Assembly (NCBI GenBank): GCA_964410385.1
Contig: CAYPHL010000002.1
Span: 16,720-80,719 of the forward strand
From: an uncultured Rikenellaceae bacterium
GTDB lineage: Bacteria > Bacteroidota > Bacteroidia > Bacteroidales > VadinHA17
Reading direction: 5' to 3'
Length of the DNA: 64,000 nt
The notes under the pieces are model-generated. The model was not told where the DNA came from. It saw only the letters and a program-made list of their open reading frames with translations, and did not search any database. Numbering within the stretch: position 1 is the first letter of the stretch; every line of letters begins with the position of its first letter. This document shows, in pieces, positions 45,967 through 55,609 of the stretch. Made by a program: the position numbers and the translations under genes.

Positions 45967-47748
45967 ATGATAAATCTGAGTATAAATAACCAGAGAGTTT
46001 CAGTTCAGCCGGGCACAACTGTTCTGGAGGCTGCCAGGAAACTTAATATTAACATTCCGACATTATGTAACCATCCCGACCTTTGCGTTGCAGGTAACTG
46101 CCGCGTTTGTGTAGTCGAACAGACCGGGGCAAGAACACTGATCGCCGCGTGTGCAATGCCTGCAGCAGAAGGAATGGATATACAAACAAATACACTGAAG
46201 GTAAGAAATGCAAGGAAACACATTGTTGAGCTCCTGCTTTCAGAACACAGGTCGGATTGCACGAAATGTTATAAAAATCAGAAATGTGAACTTCAGTCAC
46301 TTGCAAATGAATTTGCCTTCGGAGATACTATATTCCTCGATCTGGTTCAGGATCGCCCCTATACCATTGACAGATCCTCGCCTTCATTTATCAAGGATGA
46401 CAGCAAATGTATCCGCTGCCAGAGATGTGTGAGAACATGTACGGAGTTACAGCATATTTCTGCAATTGCTGTGGCAAACAAGGGAATGCACCAGAAAATA
46501 TCTTCATTCCACGACCGGCCTATGAGCCACGTTGTTTGTACTAATTGCGGACAGTGTGTAAACCGCTGCCCTACAGGTGCACTCGTTGAAAAGACCTATA
46601 TCGACCAGGTATGGGATGCTATCTATGATCCGGAAAAATATGTTGTTGTACAAACAGCCCCTGCAGTAAGAGTTGCCCTGGGTGAGGATCTGGGATATGA
46701 TCCCGGGGAAAGGGTTACAGGAAAAATGGTCACTGCACTCAGACAGCTTGGATTTGATTCAATACTGGATACTGACTTCAGCGCTGACCTGACTATTATG
46801 GAAGAAGGGACAGAGTTGCTTACAAGGTTAAAAAAGGTTCTGGTCGACGGCGATAAGAAAACATCAATCCCGATGTTTACATCCTGTTCACCCGGCTGGA
46901 TAAAATTCATTGAACATAAATATCCTGAGTTCCTTCATAACCTTTCTACCTGCAAATCGCCCCAGCAAATGTTCGGAGCACTTGCAAAGACATTCTATGC
47001 CCAGAAGAAGAAACTTGATCCCTCGAAAGTAGTCTCAGTATCAGTTATGCCCTGTACGGCGAAGAAATATGAAGCCGACCGTCCGGAAATGAGATCAAGC
47101 GGATATAAGGATATCGATTTTGTCCTTACAACCCGTGAACTTGCTGTAATGATCAAGCAGGCAGGTATTGACTTCAGGAATCTTGAACCTACTCATTATG
47201 ATTCTGTAATGGGTGATTCAACAGGCGCTGCCGTCATTTTCGGTGCAACCGGAGGTGTAATGGAGGCTGCTCTGCGGACTGCCTATGAGATTGTTACAGG
47301 AAGAGAAGTTCCTTTCACAAATCTGAATATTACTCCTGTCCGGGGTATGGAGGGCGTGAAAGAAGCAACAGTTAAGATCGAAGGATGTACCGATGACTGG
47401 AAATTCCTCGAGGGTGCCGAACTGAAGGTAGCCATTGCCCATGGGTTAGTAAATGCCAACAAGATCATGAGAGAAGTAAGAAAGGGCAAATCGCCATACC
47501 ACTTTGTTGAAATAATGGCCTGCCCCGGAGGTTGTATAGGTGGTGGAGGACAACCTATTCCCACAAGCATGGACATCAGGAAAAAACGTATGAAAGCAAT
47601 CTACTCGGAGGATGAACATATGGTTCTCAGGAAATCACACGAAAATCCGGATGTAATAGCTATTTACAAGGAATTCCTCGGGAAGCCAAACAGCCATCTG
47701 GCTCATGAACTGCTACATACACATTACGTCGAACGGGAAGGTTATTAA
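45967..47748 (+). CDS. hydA: [FeFe]-hydrogenase catalytic subunit (NuoG-like N-terminus plus H-domain)
   Basis: N-terminal [2Fe-2S] domain, a His-ligated cluster region (HRSDCTKC), and 2x[4Fe-4S] (CIRCQRCVRTC, CTNCGQCVNRCP). H-cluster motifs are FTSCSPGW, MPCTAKKYE and EIMACPGGCIGGGGQP. Confidence 0.9.
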   Translation: MINLSINNQRVSVQPGTTVLEAARKLNINIPTLCNHPDLCVAGNCRVCVVEQTGARTLIAACAMPAAEGMDIQTNTLKVRNARKHIVELLLSEHRSDCTKCYKNQKCELQSLANEFAFGDTIFLDLVQDRPYTIDRSSPSFIKDDSKCIRCQRCVRTCTELQHISAIAVANKGMHQKISSFHDRPMSHVVCTNCGQCVNRCPTGALVEKTYIDQVWDAIYDPEKYVVVQTAPAVRVALGEDLGYDPGERVTGKMVTALRQLGFDSILDTDFSADLTIMEEGTELLTRLKKVLVDGDKKTSIPMFTSCSPGWIKFIEHKYPEFLHNLSTCKSPQQMFGALAKTFYAQKKKLDPSKVVSVSVMPCTAKKYEADRPEMRSSGYKDIDFVLTTRELAVMIKQAGIDFRNLEPTHYDSVMGDSTGAAVIFGATGGVMEAALRTAYEIVTGREVPFTNLNITPVRGMEGVKEATVKIEGCTDDWKFLEGAELKVAIAHGLVNANKIMREVRKGKSPYHFVEIMACPGGCIGGGGQPIPTSMDIRKKRMKAIYSEDEHMVLRKSHENPDVIAIYKEFLGKPNSHLAHELLHTHYVEREGY

Positions 47749-47780
47749 AAAAAAGCCGGTTCAAACCGGCTTCTTTTTTG
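47749..47780. terminator. bidirectional rho-independent terminator
   Basis: A8-AAGCCGGT-tcaa-ACCGGCTT-cT6, directly after the hydA stop. Confidence 0.85.
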
Positions 47781-47785
47781 TCATT

Positions 47786-47864
47786 CAGTCTGTGCAGTCC
47801 TGCAGTCCTGCAGTCCTGCGTTGTTAGCCGAACCTTGCTTTGACTTTTGCCAACTGCCAACTGC
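47786..47864. repeat. bipartite tandem arrays: CAGTCCTG x3 (plus a degenerate copy), then GCCAACT x2
   Basis: Blocks at 47786-47818 and 47849-47864. The second unit is the reverse complement of the GTTGGCA unit at 32675-32695. Confidence 0.85.
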
Positions 47865-47892
47865 TTGTATGGCCTTTACATCACAGCTCCTG

Positions 47893-50829
47893 CTAACCTA
47901 TTATTTCAAGTATCTCCTTTATATCTAGATCCCTCAGTGGATTGGAAGTTGTAACAAACGATTCGGCAAGCTTCGATTTTTTCTCCTGAAGTCTCAGTAT
48001 CTTTTCTTCAAGGGTTCCTGAGGTTATGTACCGGTAAATAAAAACATTCTTATCCTGGCCTATCCTGTGTGCCCTGCTTAGCGCCTGAAGCTCGGCTGCA
48101 GGATTCCACCACGGATCAAGAATAAATACATAATCAGCCGATGTCAGATTTAATCCTGTTCCCCCTGCTTTCAGAGATATCAGAAAGATATGGATGTCCG
48201 GATCATTCTGAAAACCTTCAATAACTTTCTTCCTGTTGGTAGTGGCCCCTGTCAGCATCGAAAACCTTCTGTTTCTTTCTTCAAGCGCCTCTGAAAATAG
48301 TTTCAGGTGCATGACAAATGATGAGAATACAAGTATTTTATGTCCTTCATTGACAACATTCTCAATATTGTCCAGAATTGTTTCAAACTTCCCGGAGCCT
48401 CCTGCATATTCTTCATCTGCCATCACAGGATGATTGGATATCTGCCTGAGCCTCATAAGTCCCTGTAAAACAATGATCGCAGTCTTTACAGCTTCTTTAT
48501 TTTCCATTCCGCTCATAATGAGTTTCCTGACAGCCGATCTTTCTTCTTCATAAATCTTTGCCTGTTCCTCTGTCATCTCACAAAAAACAGTCTGCTCCGT
48601 AACCGGCGGCAGTTCCGGTGTTACCATCTCTTTCTTCCGCCTTAAAATAAATGGCTTGATAAGCTTTTTTAGTTTTATCTCAATCTCATCATTCCGCTCT
48701 TTTTCAATGGGTCTGGCAAATTCACGTCTGAAATATGAAAGCGAACCGAGCAACCCGGGGTTTACAAAATTGAGCTGAGCCCAGAGATCTGTAATTGAAT
48801 TTTCTACGGGCGTTCCCGTCAGAACAAGCTTATGATCAGATTTCAGCCTGGTAACACTTTTATATATCTGTGACGCGGGATTTTTGATGTACTGGCTTTC
48901 ATCCAGAATTATGTAATGGAAATGGAAAGATGTAAAAAAATTAATATCCTGTCTTACAGTATGATAGCTTGAAAGCACTATATCAAAGCCCGAAAAGTTC
49001 ATTGCATGACGGTCGCGTTGTGCTCCCTTATGCCTGTACACCTTCATTCCGGGGACAAACCTGTGAATTTCATTCTCCCAGTTATGGATAATGGTGGGCG
49101 GTACAATAATAAGCGAGGTAAGGCTGGCAGAAGGATCATCGAAAAGTGATAAGGACCTGCTTCCGGTAGTTTTCACGGAAGCCGGGATCTTTTCCTTGTT
49201 CAGTTGCAGGAGAGCAAGTGTTTGTATTGTCTTTCCAAGTCCCATATCATCGGCGAGACATCCTCCAAGTCCTGAGGATTGAAGCCATATCAGCCAGCCC
49301 AGGCCTTCAAACTGGTATCCCCTCATTTCGCATTTAAGTCCGGCCGGTTTAACAGGCAAAGGCAGTTCCTCAGGTATAAGGAGCTTCTCAAGATATCCGA
49401 ATGACTCATTTTCCTCCTCTTTAAGGATTTCAATAAGTAAGGGGAAATGCTGCTTGTGTATCCTTATTGATCCGTTCTGATCTTTCCCGAATTCAAATAA
49501 GCTCCGGTATTCAGTAAACCATTCAGCCGGAAGAATTGCAATGGTACCATCCGGTAACTCATACTCATGTATCTCGTTCAGGATATTATGCTTAAACCGG
49601 ATAAAAGGGAATTGATATTCTCCGATCCGGATTATGGCCTGAAGGTCAAACCAATCTCCCTCCCTGTTATTGCTGATTTCAATGTTTACCGGTCTGAGAT
49701 TATACTCTTTATCAAGCTGCCTGGAAGTAATAATAAAACCCGCGGAAACAAGGCTCTCATAATTCCGGTTCAATGCTTCAATAACCCGGTGTAAATCTGT
49801 GACAGGTTTCAGGTCATCATCCTGCAGGTAATAATTGACCAGATCATCTGAATTAAACCCCGTTTCAAGAAGGAAATCCCTGCAACCTTCTTCCCATTTC
49901 AGGTCACGGCCGTATTTGTGAAAAATAAACTCACCTCCCTTGTTCTCAAATGTTGTGAAATTTTCCGACCGGTCATCAGGCGATACCATGATACCTGAAT
50001 AGTAATAGCCCAGTATAAGAACAGGATGTCCTCTGATACTGTTCTCAAGACTTATTGATACTTTCTTTTCGGGAACAGGTGTAACAACCCTGAATCCGGT
50101 GCCTTCTGTTTTATAACAATTTACGGCGTTCAGGACAAATCCTGAGAAGTACCTGGTTTCAGTGTTCTTTGGAACTATTACAGCCTCCTTTGTAAGGAAA
50201 GGGCGAAGCTTCTGACCATCGATATCTCTGATCAGCAGTAATTTGTTCCCAGTCTTTATTATGCATGGACTATTACACAGAATATCGATGGGATTACGGT
50301 ATAATTCTATCTTTTTACCTTCCGATTCGATTTTTAATTTGTAGGTAACCGATTCATCAGACCTTTCAAACCTGAACAGAGGAACAGCCGGTTCAGGAAG
50401 AAAATCAAGCCTGTCCTCAGGATGAATAATGTTGGAATGTGATCTGCTGATGAAACACAGAATGCCTTCATCCCTGAGAAGATAATAACATTTCCTTAAC
50501 CTTTTCTCAATATAAGGTCTTATTAATTTTTCAATTTTTTCCTGTGAGACATTTTCAAGGAATTCCTTAACGCTTTTATCTTTTGAATAGAGCCTGTAAA
50601 TCGGCCTGTCGGAATATTCATTTGTGATCCTGACAAGTTCAATCTCTTCACTGTCGAGAGTTTTTAAAGTTTCCTCCGACGGGTAAGGTGAAAGACATTC
50701 TGACAGGATGAAATATTTTTTCCCGGGTACACCTGCTATAAGATAAGGAAGGAATATCTTTCCCCAGAGCCTGTGCGATGTCAGGATAAGGGCAAATTTT
50801 CTTTGTCTGTTTTCGGGTGTCTGATCCAA
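47893..50829 (-). CDS. SNF2-family helicase/ATPase with a long uncharacterised N-terminal region
   Basis: The C-terminal half carries SNF2 motifs (LADDMGLGKT, ILDESQYIKN, LTGTPVEN, helicase-C with GGTGLNLT...DPWWNP). The N-terminal ~480 aa are unassigned. Confidence 0.85.
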   Translation of the reverse strand: MDQTPENRQRKFALILTSHRLWGKIFLPYLIAGVPGKKYFILSECLSPYPSEETLKTLDSEEIELVRITNEYSDRPIYRLYSKDKSVKEFLENVSQEKIEKLIRPYIEKRLRKCYYLLRDEGILCFISRSHSNIIHPEDRLDFLPEPAVPLFRFERSDESVTYKLKIESEGKKIELYRNPIDILCNSPCIIKTGNKLLLIRDIDGQKLRPFLTKEAVIVPKNTETRYFSGFVLNAVNCYKTEGTGFRVVTPVPEKKVSISLENSIRGHPVLILGYYYSGIMVSPDDRSENFTTFENKGGEFIFHKYGRDLKWEEGCRDFLLETGFNSDDLVNYYLQDDDLKPVTDLHRVIEALNRNYESLVSAGFIITSRQLDKEYNLRPVNIEISNNREGDWFDLQAIIRIGEYQFPFIRFKHNILNEIHEYELPDGTIAILPAEWFTEYRSLFEFGKDQNGSIRIHKQHFPLLIEILKEEENESFGYLEKLLIPEELPLPVKPAGLKCEMRGYQFEGLGWLIWLQSSGLGGCLADDMGLGKTIQTLALLQLNKEKIPASVKTTGSRSLSLFDDPSASLTSLIIVPPTIIHNWENEIHRFVPGMKVYRHKGAQRDRHAMNFSGFDIVLSSYHTVRQDINFFTSFHFHYIILDESQYIKNPASQIYKSVTRLKSDHKLVLTGTPVENSITDLWAQLNFVNPGLLGSLSYFRREFARPIEKERNDEIEIKLKKLIKPFILRRKKEMVTPELPPVTEQTVFCEMTEEQAKIYEEERSAVRKLIMSGMENKEAVKTAIIVLQGLMRLRQISNHPVMADEEYAGGSGKFETILDNIENVVNEGHKILVFSSFVMHLKLFSEALEERNRRFSMLTGATTNRKKVIEGFQNDPDIHIFLISLKAGGTGLNLTSADYVFILDPWWNPAAELQALSRAHRIGQDKNVFIYRYITSGTLEEKILRLQEKKSKLAESFVTTSNPLRDLDIKEILEIIG

Positions 50830-50917
50830 TTTCGGGTAAAAAATTATAAATTTAAGAGAGGTTTAAGAATGTTCAAACTTATTTATTGAAATATTTTCTT
50901 CTTAGTTTTGAAATCAA

Positions 50918-51991
50918 TTGAGAAAAATAATTCATATCGACATGGATGCATTTTTCGCATCGGTTGAACAGCTCGATAATCCTGAGCTGAGAGGAAAGCC
51001 TGTTGCTGTCGGCGGAAGCGGTGAAAGACATGTAGTAGCTGCTGCAAGCTATGAGGCAAGGAAATTCGGAGTCAGATCGGCAATGCCTTCAGTCACTGCC
51101 CGGAAACTGTGCCCGCAGCTTATATTTGTCAGACACAGGTTTGAAAGATACCATGAACTGTCAGAAAAGGTTTTCGGGATCTTTACGGAGTACACAGATA
51201 TTGTCGAGCCATTATCTATCGATGAAGCATTTCTTGATGTAACAGTCGATAAAAAGAATATAAAATCCGCCACCCTGATAGCCCGCGAGATAAAGCAGGA
51301 AATAAAAAAGCGGACAGGACTGACAGCTTCAGCCGGCATATCTGTCAACAAATTCCTGGCAAAGATCGCTTCTGACATAAAAAAGCCTGATGGATTATTC
51401 CTTATTCCGCCTGAAGAAGCTGAAGGATTTATTGCAAAGCTGCCCGTTGAAAAGTTTTTTGGGATAGGGAAGGTCACGGCTGAAAAAATGCACAAGCTGG
51501 GTATTCATAACGGAGCCGATCTTAAGAAATGGGATCTGCCTTCACTTATAAGAAATTTCGGTAAGGCAGGAAAATTTTATTATGATATTGCCCGTGGTAT
51601 TGACGACCGTCCGGTTGAAACCGAATCCGAACGGAAATCTGTCGGGACAGAGCTTACTTATGAAAAAGATCTGACAACACAATTCGGGATCATTGCGGAG
51701 CTTTATAAGGTTGAACGGGAACTCATGCACCGTCTTGAACAGGCAGGAACAACCGGGAGGACCGTCACATTAAAAGTAAAATTTGCAGATTTCAGGCAGA
51801 TTACGCGAAGCCGGACACTCAGAAATTATATAAGGGACTTTGAAACACTTCATAAAGCTGTTACTGAAATAAGAAAATCACTCGATCTGCCAGGTAATAA
51901 AATAAGACTTCTGGGAGTGAGCATTTCAAACCTCGAGTCGGATGACGATGAAGACAGGCAGCTTCACCTGTTCGATGATGAAGAATGCTGA
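50918..51991 (+). CDS. dinB: DNA polymerase IV
   Basis: TTG start giving MRKIIHIDMDAFFASVEQ. Y-family motifs SIDEAFLDV and a little-finger domain. Confidence 0.9.
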   Translation: MRKIIHIDMDAFFASVEQLDNPELRGKPVAVGGSGERHVVAAASYEARKFGVRSAMPSVTARKLCPQLIFVRHRFERYHELSEKVFGIFTEYTDIVEPLSIDEAFLDVTVDKKNIKSATLIAREIKQEIKKRTGLTASAGISVNKFLAKIASDIKKPDGLFLIPPEEAEGFIAKLPVEKFFGIGKVTAEKMHKLGIHNGADLKKWDLPSLIRNFGKAGKFYYDIARGIDDRPVETESERKSVGTELTYEKDLTTQFGIIAELYKVERELMHRLEQAGTTGRTVTLKVKFADFRQITRSRTLRNYIRDFETLHKAVTEIRKSLDLPGNKIRLLGVSISNLESDDDEDRQLHLFDDEEC

Positions 51992-52668
51992 TCAGATCCG
52001 GATTGTTCTCCCCCGGATTTGCATCCCATGCCGGTCCTGTTATATCCTACAAAGTACTCCCGGAGTTCATCATAACGGATACTGTGAATGTTGAATAACT
52101 CAGAACCGGGTTCTGCGAATTTTTTGAAATTTTCAAAACGGGATGCAGCATTTTCGAGGATCTTATAACCTATATTTTCTTCAGTGATTCCCCTCGCACG
52201 GTAAATCTCTAAATATCTCTTAATACCCTCGCTTCCGAAAGCATCAAGATCGTCAGCAACAGAAAGTATCTTCAGGATAATATTGCTGCTTTCCGGGTCC
52301 CCGTATTCCTTGTTGTCATGATTTTCTATTGCCGTAAGTGCATCCATGTGGTCGGATAATCTTAATCTGTTCAGAGTCAGATAGCTCTCAGCAGCCATCC
52401 TGCTCCGGTAACCGTGTCGGATCCCCTGGTCTTCTGACATTCCTATGTCGTGAAAGTAGCTGGCAATTAACAGGTTACATATCATTTTAAGATCCATTTC
52501 CACTTCATCGTAATACCGGATGACCTCTTTAACATAATTCCATACCCTTCTGTGATGATCAATATCATGTGACGGAAGATCAGTTTCTCCCCAGGCTTTT
52601 TTAAAGAAATCTTCCACTGACCCGAGAAAAGAGTCTTCAGCCTGTCGGATTATCTCAGAATATTTCAT
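51964..52668 (-). CDS. HD-domain phosphohydrolase-like protein
   Basis: HDIDHHRRV ... YFHDIGM ... NHDN motifs. I place the start at the ATG giving MKYSEIIRQ (52668), because the track's longer N-terminus reads through a repeat element. Confidence 0.7.
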   Translation of the reverse strand: MKYSEIIRQAEDSFLGSVEDFFKKAWGETDLPSHDIDHHRRVWNYVKEVIRYYDEVEMDLKMICNLLIASYFHDIGMSEDQGIRHGYRSRMAAESYLTLNRLRLSDHMDALTAIENHDNKEYGDPESSNIILKILSVADDLDAFGSEGIKRYLEIYRARGITEENIGYKILENAASRFENFKKFAEPGSELFNIHSIRYDELREYFVGYNRTGMGCKSGGEQSGSDQHSSSSNR

Positions 52669-52736
52669 CTGTAGAATTTTACTGTAAATTATTGCCTTCC
52701 GTTTAGAGATTGTGTGAAAGTCTGTTCTGATCTTTT

Positions 52737-52798
52737 CACCCCTAAATCCCCCACCTTGCTCCGCCGAAGCGGCTACGCGAAGGCGAAGGGGGGGACTT
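52737..52798. repeat. second copy of the CACCCCTAAATCCCCC...GGGACTT element, carrying a 35-nt internal GC-rich insertion
   Basis: The 16-mer is identical to 8179-8194. The ends are conserved, and the middle segment accttgctccgccgaagcggctacgcgaaggcgaa is absent from copy 1. Confidence 0.8.
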
Positions 52799-52835
52799 GT
52801 TGAAATACAATTATTTATATACCTGGTTTTAAGAA

Positions 52836-52867
52836 ACAAAAAAAGCAAAAGATCCTGCCTTTTGCTT
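52836..52867 (-). terminator. rho-independent terminator of the 81-aa gene
   Basis: Minus strand: AAGCAAAAG-7 nt-CTTTTGCTT followed by T7. Confidence 0.7.
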
Positions 52868-52891
52868 TTGAACAGGTTAAGCTGTGTGAAT

Positions 52892-53137
52892 TCAGTCTGC
52901 TATCATCTTCTTAGCCATATCCAGGATGGTTGTATCATCGAATGAGACAATTCCTCCTCCCGGTCCCTGTTCAAAATGGACACCGATAGTTTCGCCCCTG
53001 TCGAAATTTCTCCCTCCGAAGTAGTTTCTGACGGTTTCTTCTTTCAGATCGAGTGTGTCAGCAATCTTCCTCATACTTCCGGAGGGTAACTGATCTTTTA
53101 TCTTCCGGAGCTCATTGAATGTGATCGTTACAGCCAT
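52892..53137 (-). CDS. small hypothetical protein, possible HTH DNA-binding
   Basis: 81 aa. The MRKIADTLDLKEETVRNYF segment looks like a helix-turn-helix. It has its own terminator. Confidence 0.5.
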   Translation of the reverse strand: MAVTITFNELRKIKDQLPSGSMRKIADTLDLKEETVRNYFGGRNFDRGETIGVHFEQGPGGGIVSFDDTTILDMAKKMIAD

Positions 53138-53369
53138 AATATTATAGGATTAAAAGTTAATAATAGTGTTTGGTAATATCTTCAAATATAAGAAAAATTA
53201 TTGTCAAAATAAAATGTACAGAAATGGTAGTGATTTGATATCATCATGTTAATCAAGGAGATACATGGAATATTCGCGGATTATCAAAAGTGTAACACTG
53301 TGAGAACTCCGTGCAACTCTGTGGTTAATCTATAAATTACATATTTCAATATATCTGAGATCAATTTAT

Positions 53370-54131
53370 TCAGAGCCTGTTCAAATAATCAAGAAACACT
53401 CTTATTGCTTCCCTTTTATCATCATTCAGGTTGAAACTGATATTTTTAGTAAGATATTCCTTAAGGATTTCACCTTTGATAATGCCTGAATCTCCAAACA
53501 TCCGGACTACTTCAGGAATGTCTGAAACGCCTTTTTTCAGGGCTGAATTGAACTCCCCGATAAATTCGCCGGGCAATGATCTGTTTGCTGTCCAGCATGC
53601 AAAAGTAAATGGCAGACTGGTAAATTTATACCATTCTTCAGCCAGGTCGATTGAAAACCTGAACCTGTTCTCATATTCAAAACACTGGTCGCCTATCAGT
53701 ACGATACCTTCATTATCGGGAATGTTTTCAAAATCAAAATTCTCAGATGTTCTGATCCACCTGAATTCTCTTTTCCAGAAATTCTTTGCAAGTATTTTGA
53801 CAAGATTTACCGATGACCTCGACCTGTAATCCAGGTTGATATTCCTGATCTCTTCGAACCGGCAGTTGCTTAAAAGCATAACTGTCCTTACTTTTCCGTA
53901 GGCTCCAAGGCAATAATCTGTGATAATATGGTATTCTTTAAGTCCGGTCAGCGCTGCAACCGGTATCAGACCGATGTCGACTTTCCCGCTTATCAGTTTC
54001 GCAGCACAATCAGCAGGATGATCTGTGGTAAGAGTTACTTTCTTGTCAAATCCGGTTATTGACATCCCGTAAATAAACGGGTATGTATTGGCATATTTTA
54101 CAGCTGAAATCTTAATTTTCTCTGATGACAT
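53370..54131 (-). CDS. mqnA: MqnA/MqnD-family menaquinone (futalosine pathway) biosynthesis protein
   Basis: IKISAVKYANTYPF N-terminus and a periplasmic-binding-protein-like fold typical of chorismate dehydratase MqnA. Recognition-based. Confidence 0.65.
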   Translation of the reverse strand: MSSEKIKISAVKYANTYPFIYGMSITGFDKKVTLTTDHPADCAAKLISGKVDIGLIPVAALTGLKEYHIITDYCLGAYGKVRTVMLLSNCRFEEIRNINLDYRSRSSVNLVKILAKNFWKREFRWIRTSENFDFENIPDNEGIVLIGDQCFEYENRFRFSIDLAEEWYKFTSLPFTFACWTANRSLPGEFIGEFNSALKKGVSDIPEVVRMFGDSGIIKGEILKEYLTKNISFNLNDDKREAIRVFLDYLNRL

Positions 54132-54197
54132 TCCGGTTTATATTGAGTATTGAATTATTGCCATATTTATCGGTTTTTTTAAGAAGTCCAAAAATAC

Positions 54198-54205
54198 TAC
54201 TTTTG
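54198..54205 (+). promoter_or_regulatory. possible Bacteroidota -7 promoter element (TACTTTTG matches TAnnTTTG) for purB
   Basis: Matches the Bacteroidota sigma-A -7 consensus and lies 43 nt upstream of the purB ATG. Confidence 0.3.
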
Positions 54206-54247
54206 TAATCATCGTTTTGTATTCAGGAAATAATTAATATCAGAAAT

Positions 54248-55591
54248 ATGGAACTGAATTCCCTTACTGCCATTTCTCCGATAGATGGACGATACAGACA
54301 GAAAGTGAATGAACTTGATCTCTATTTTTCGGAGTTTGGACTTATAAGGTACCGGCTGATGGTAGAAGTTGAATATTTTATTGCACTCTGCGATATCCCT
54401 CTACCACAGTTAAGCGATTTCAAAAAGGAGAATTACAAAACACTCAGGTCGTTTTATGAAGATTTAAATCTTACCGATGCCGAAAAGATAAAGGATTATG
54501 AGAAAATTACAAATCATGACGTCAAAGCATTAGAGTATTTCCTGAAGGAAAGATTCATAAATGAAGGCTGGGCAAAGTGGAGCGAATTCATACATTTCGG
54601 ATTAACATCCCAGGACATAAACAATACAGCCATTCCCTTATCACTCAAGGACGCCCTCATAAACGTATATTTTCCCCTTCTTTTTGATCTCAGGGAAGCT
54701 CTTGCTGCTCTGGCTGATGAGTGGAAGGATATTCCGATGCTTGCCCGGACCCATGGTCAGCCGGCCTCACCTACGCGTCTCGGTAAGGAAATATCCGTAT
54801 TCATTGCAAGGATCGATGAACAGCTGAAATATTTCGGACAAATTCCGTATTCCGCAAAATTCGGCGGGGCAACAGGTAATATGAATGCACATAAGGCAGC
54901 ATATCCTGACATTGACTGGATCACCTTTGCCGATAATTTTATTAACGGGGAACTGGGATTACAGCGTTCACATCCCACAACACAGATTGAACATTATGAC
55001 AACCTTGCCGCATTGTTCGATAATATGAGGAGAATAAATGTTATCCTCATAGATCTGTCCCGCGATATCTGGACCTACATTTCGATGGAATATTTCAGCC
55101 AGAAGATCAGGAAAGGAGAGATAGGCTCATCAGCTATGCCCCATAAGGTAAATCCGATAGATTTTGAGAACGGGGAAGGTAACCTGGGATTTGCAAACGC
55201 AATTTTCGGACATTTATCAGAAAAGCTTCCCGTATCGAGGCTTCAGCGCGATCTTACCGATTCCACTGTCCTCCGTAATATTGGTGTCCCAATAGGCCAC
55301 ACTATTCTTGCAATCAATTCAATTCTTAAGGGACTGAATAAACTCATTGTAAATACCGATAAAATAGAGAGTGATCTGGAGAACAACTGGTCGGTTGTTG
55401 CTGAAGCCATACAAACAATACTGCGGAGGGAAGGTTATCCTAAACCATATGAAGCACTGCTCGACCTTACACGTACAAATGAAAAGATCACCCGTGAAAC
55501 AATTACTAATTTTATAGAATCCCTGGATATAAATGAAACTACAAAAAATGAACTTAGAAATATTACCCCCTTCAATTATACCGGCTATTAA
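54248..55591 (+). CDS. purB: adenylosuccinate lyase
   Basis: 447 aa. SPIDGRY N-terminus and the fumarate-lyase signature GSSAMPHKVNP. Confidence 0.95.
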   Translation: MELNSLTAISPIDGRYRQKVNELDLYFSEFGLIRYRLMVEVEYFIALCDIPLPQLSDFKKENYKTLRSFYEDLNLTDAEKIKDYEKITNHDVKALEYFLKERFINEGWAKWSEFIHFGLTSQDINNTAIPLSLKDALINVYFPLLFDLREALAALADEWKDIPMLARTHGQPASPTRLGKEISVFIARIDEQLKYFGQIPYSAKFGGATGNMNAHKAAYPDIDWITFADNFINGELGLQRSHPTTQIEHYDNLAALFDNMRRINVILIDLSRDIWTYISMEYFSQKIRKGEIGSSAMPHKVNPIDFENGEGNLGFANAIFGHLSEKLPVSRLQRDLTDSTVLRNIGVPIGHTILAINSILKGLNKLIVNTDKIESDLENNWSVVAEAIQTILRREGYPKPYEALLDLTRTNEKITRETITNFIESLDINETTKNELRNITPFNYTGY

Positions 55592-55609
55592 TGAGACATA
55601 TTACCAGGG

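Noticed and set aside
50830-50917. Search for an SOS/LexA-type box upstream of dinB
   Set aside because: By eye I found no convincing palindrome: no CGAAC-N4-GTTCG, no CTGT-N8-ACAG, and only a lone GTTC.
51964-51991. 28-nt convergent overlap of the dinB and HD-domain gene 3' ends
   Set aside because: Convergent 3' overlaps of this size are common, and both ORFs have plausible C-termini. This is not evidence of anything unusual.
52669-52848. Long N-terminal extension of the HD-domain ORF (track start at 52848)
   Set aside because: The extension reads through the CACCCCTAAATCCCCC repeat element and gives low-complexity sequence. The internal ATG at 52668 (MKYSEIIRQ) gives a sensible HD-domain protein.
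53290-53330. Short motif string gtaacact gtgagaact ccgtgcaact ctgtggtt in the mqnA-downstream spacer, possibly another micro-array
   Set aside because: It has only three or four loosely similar units ending in ACT or GTT. That is too short and irregular to call a repeat, although it may be a decayed member of the array family.
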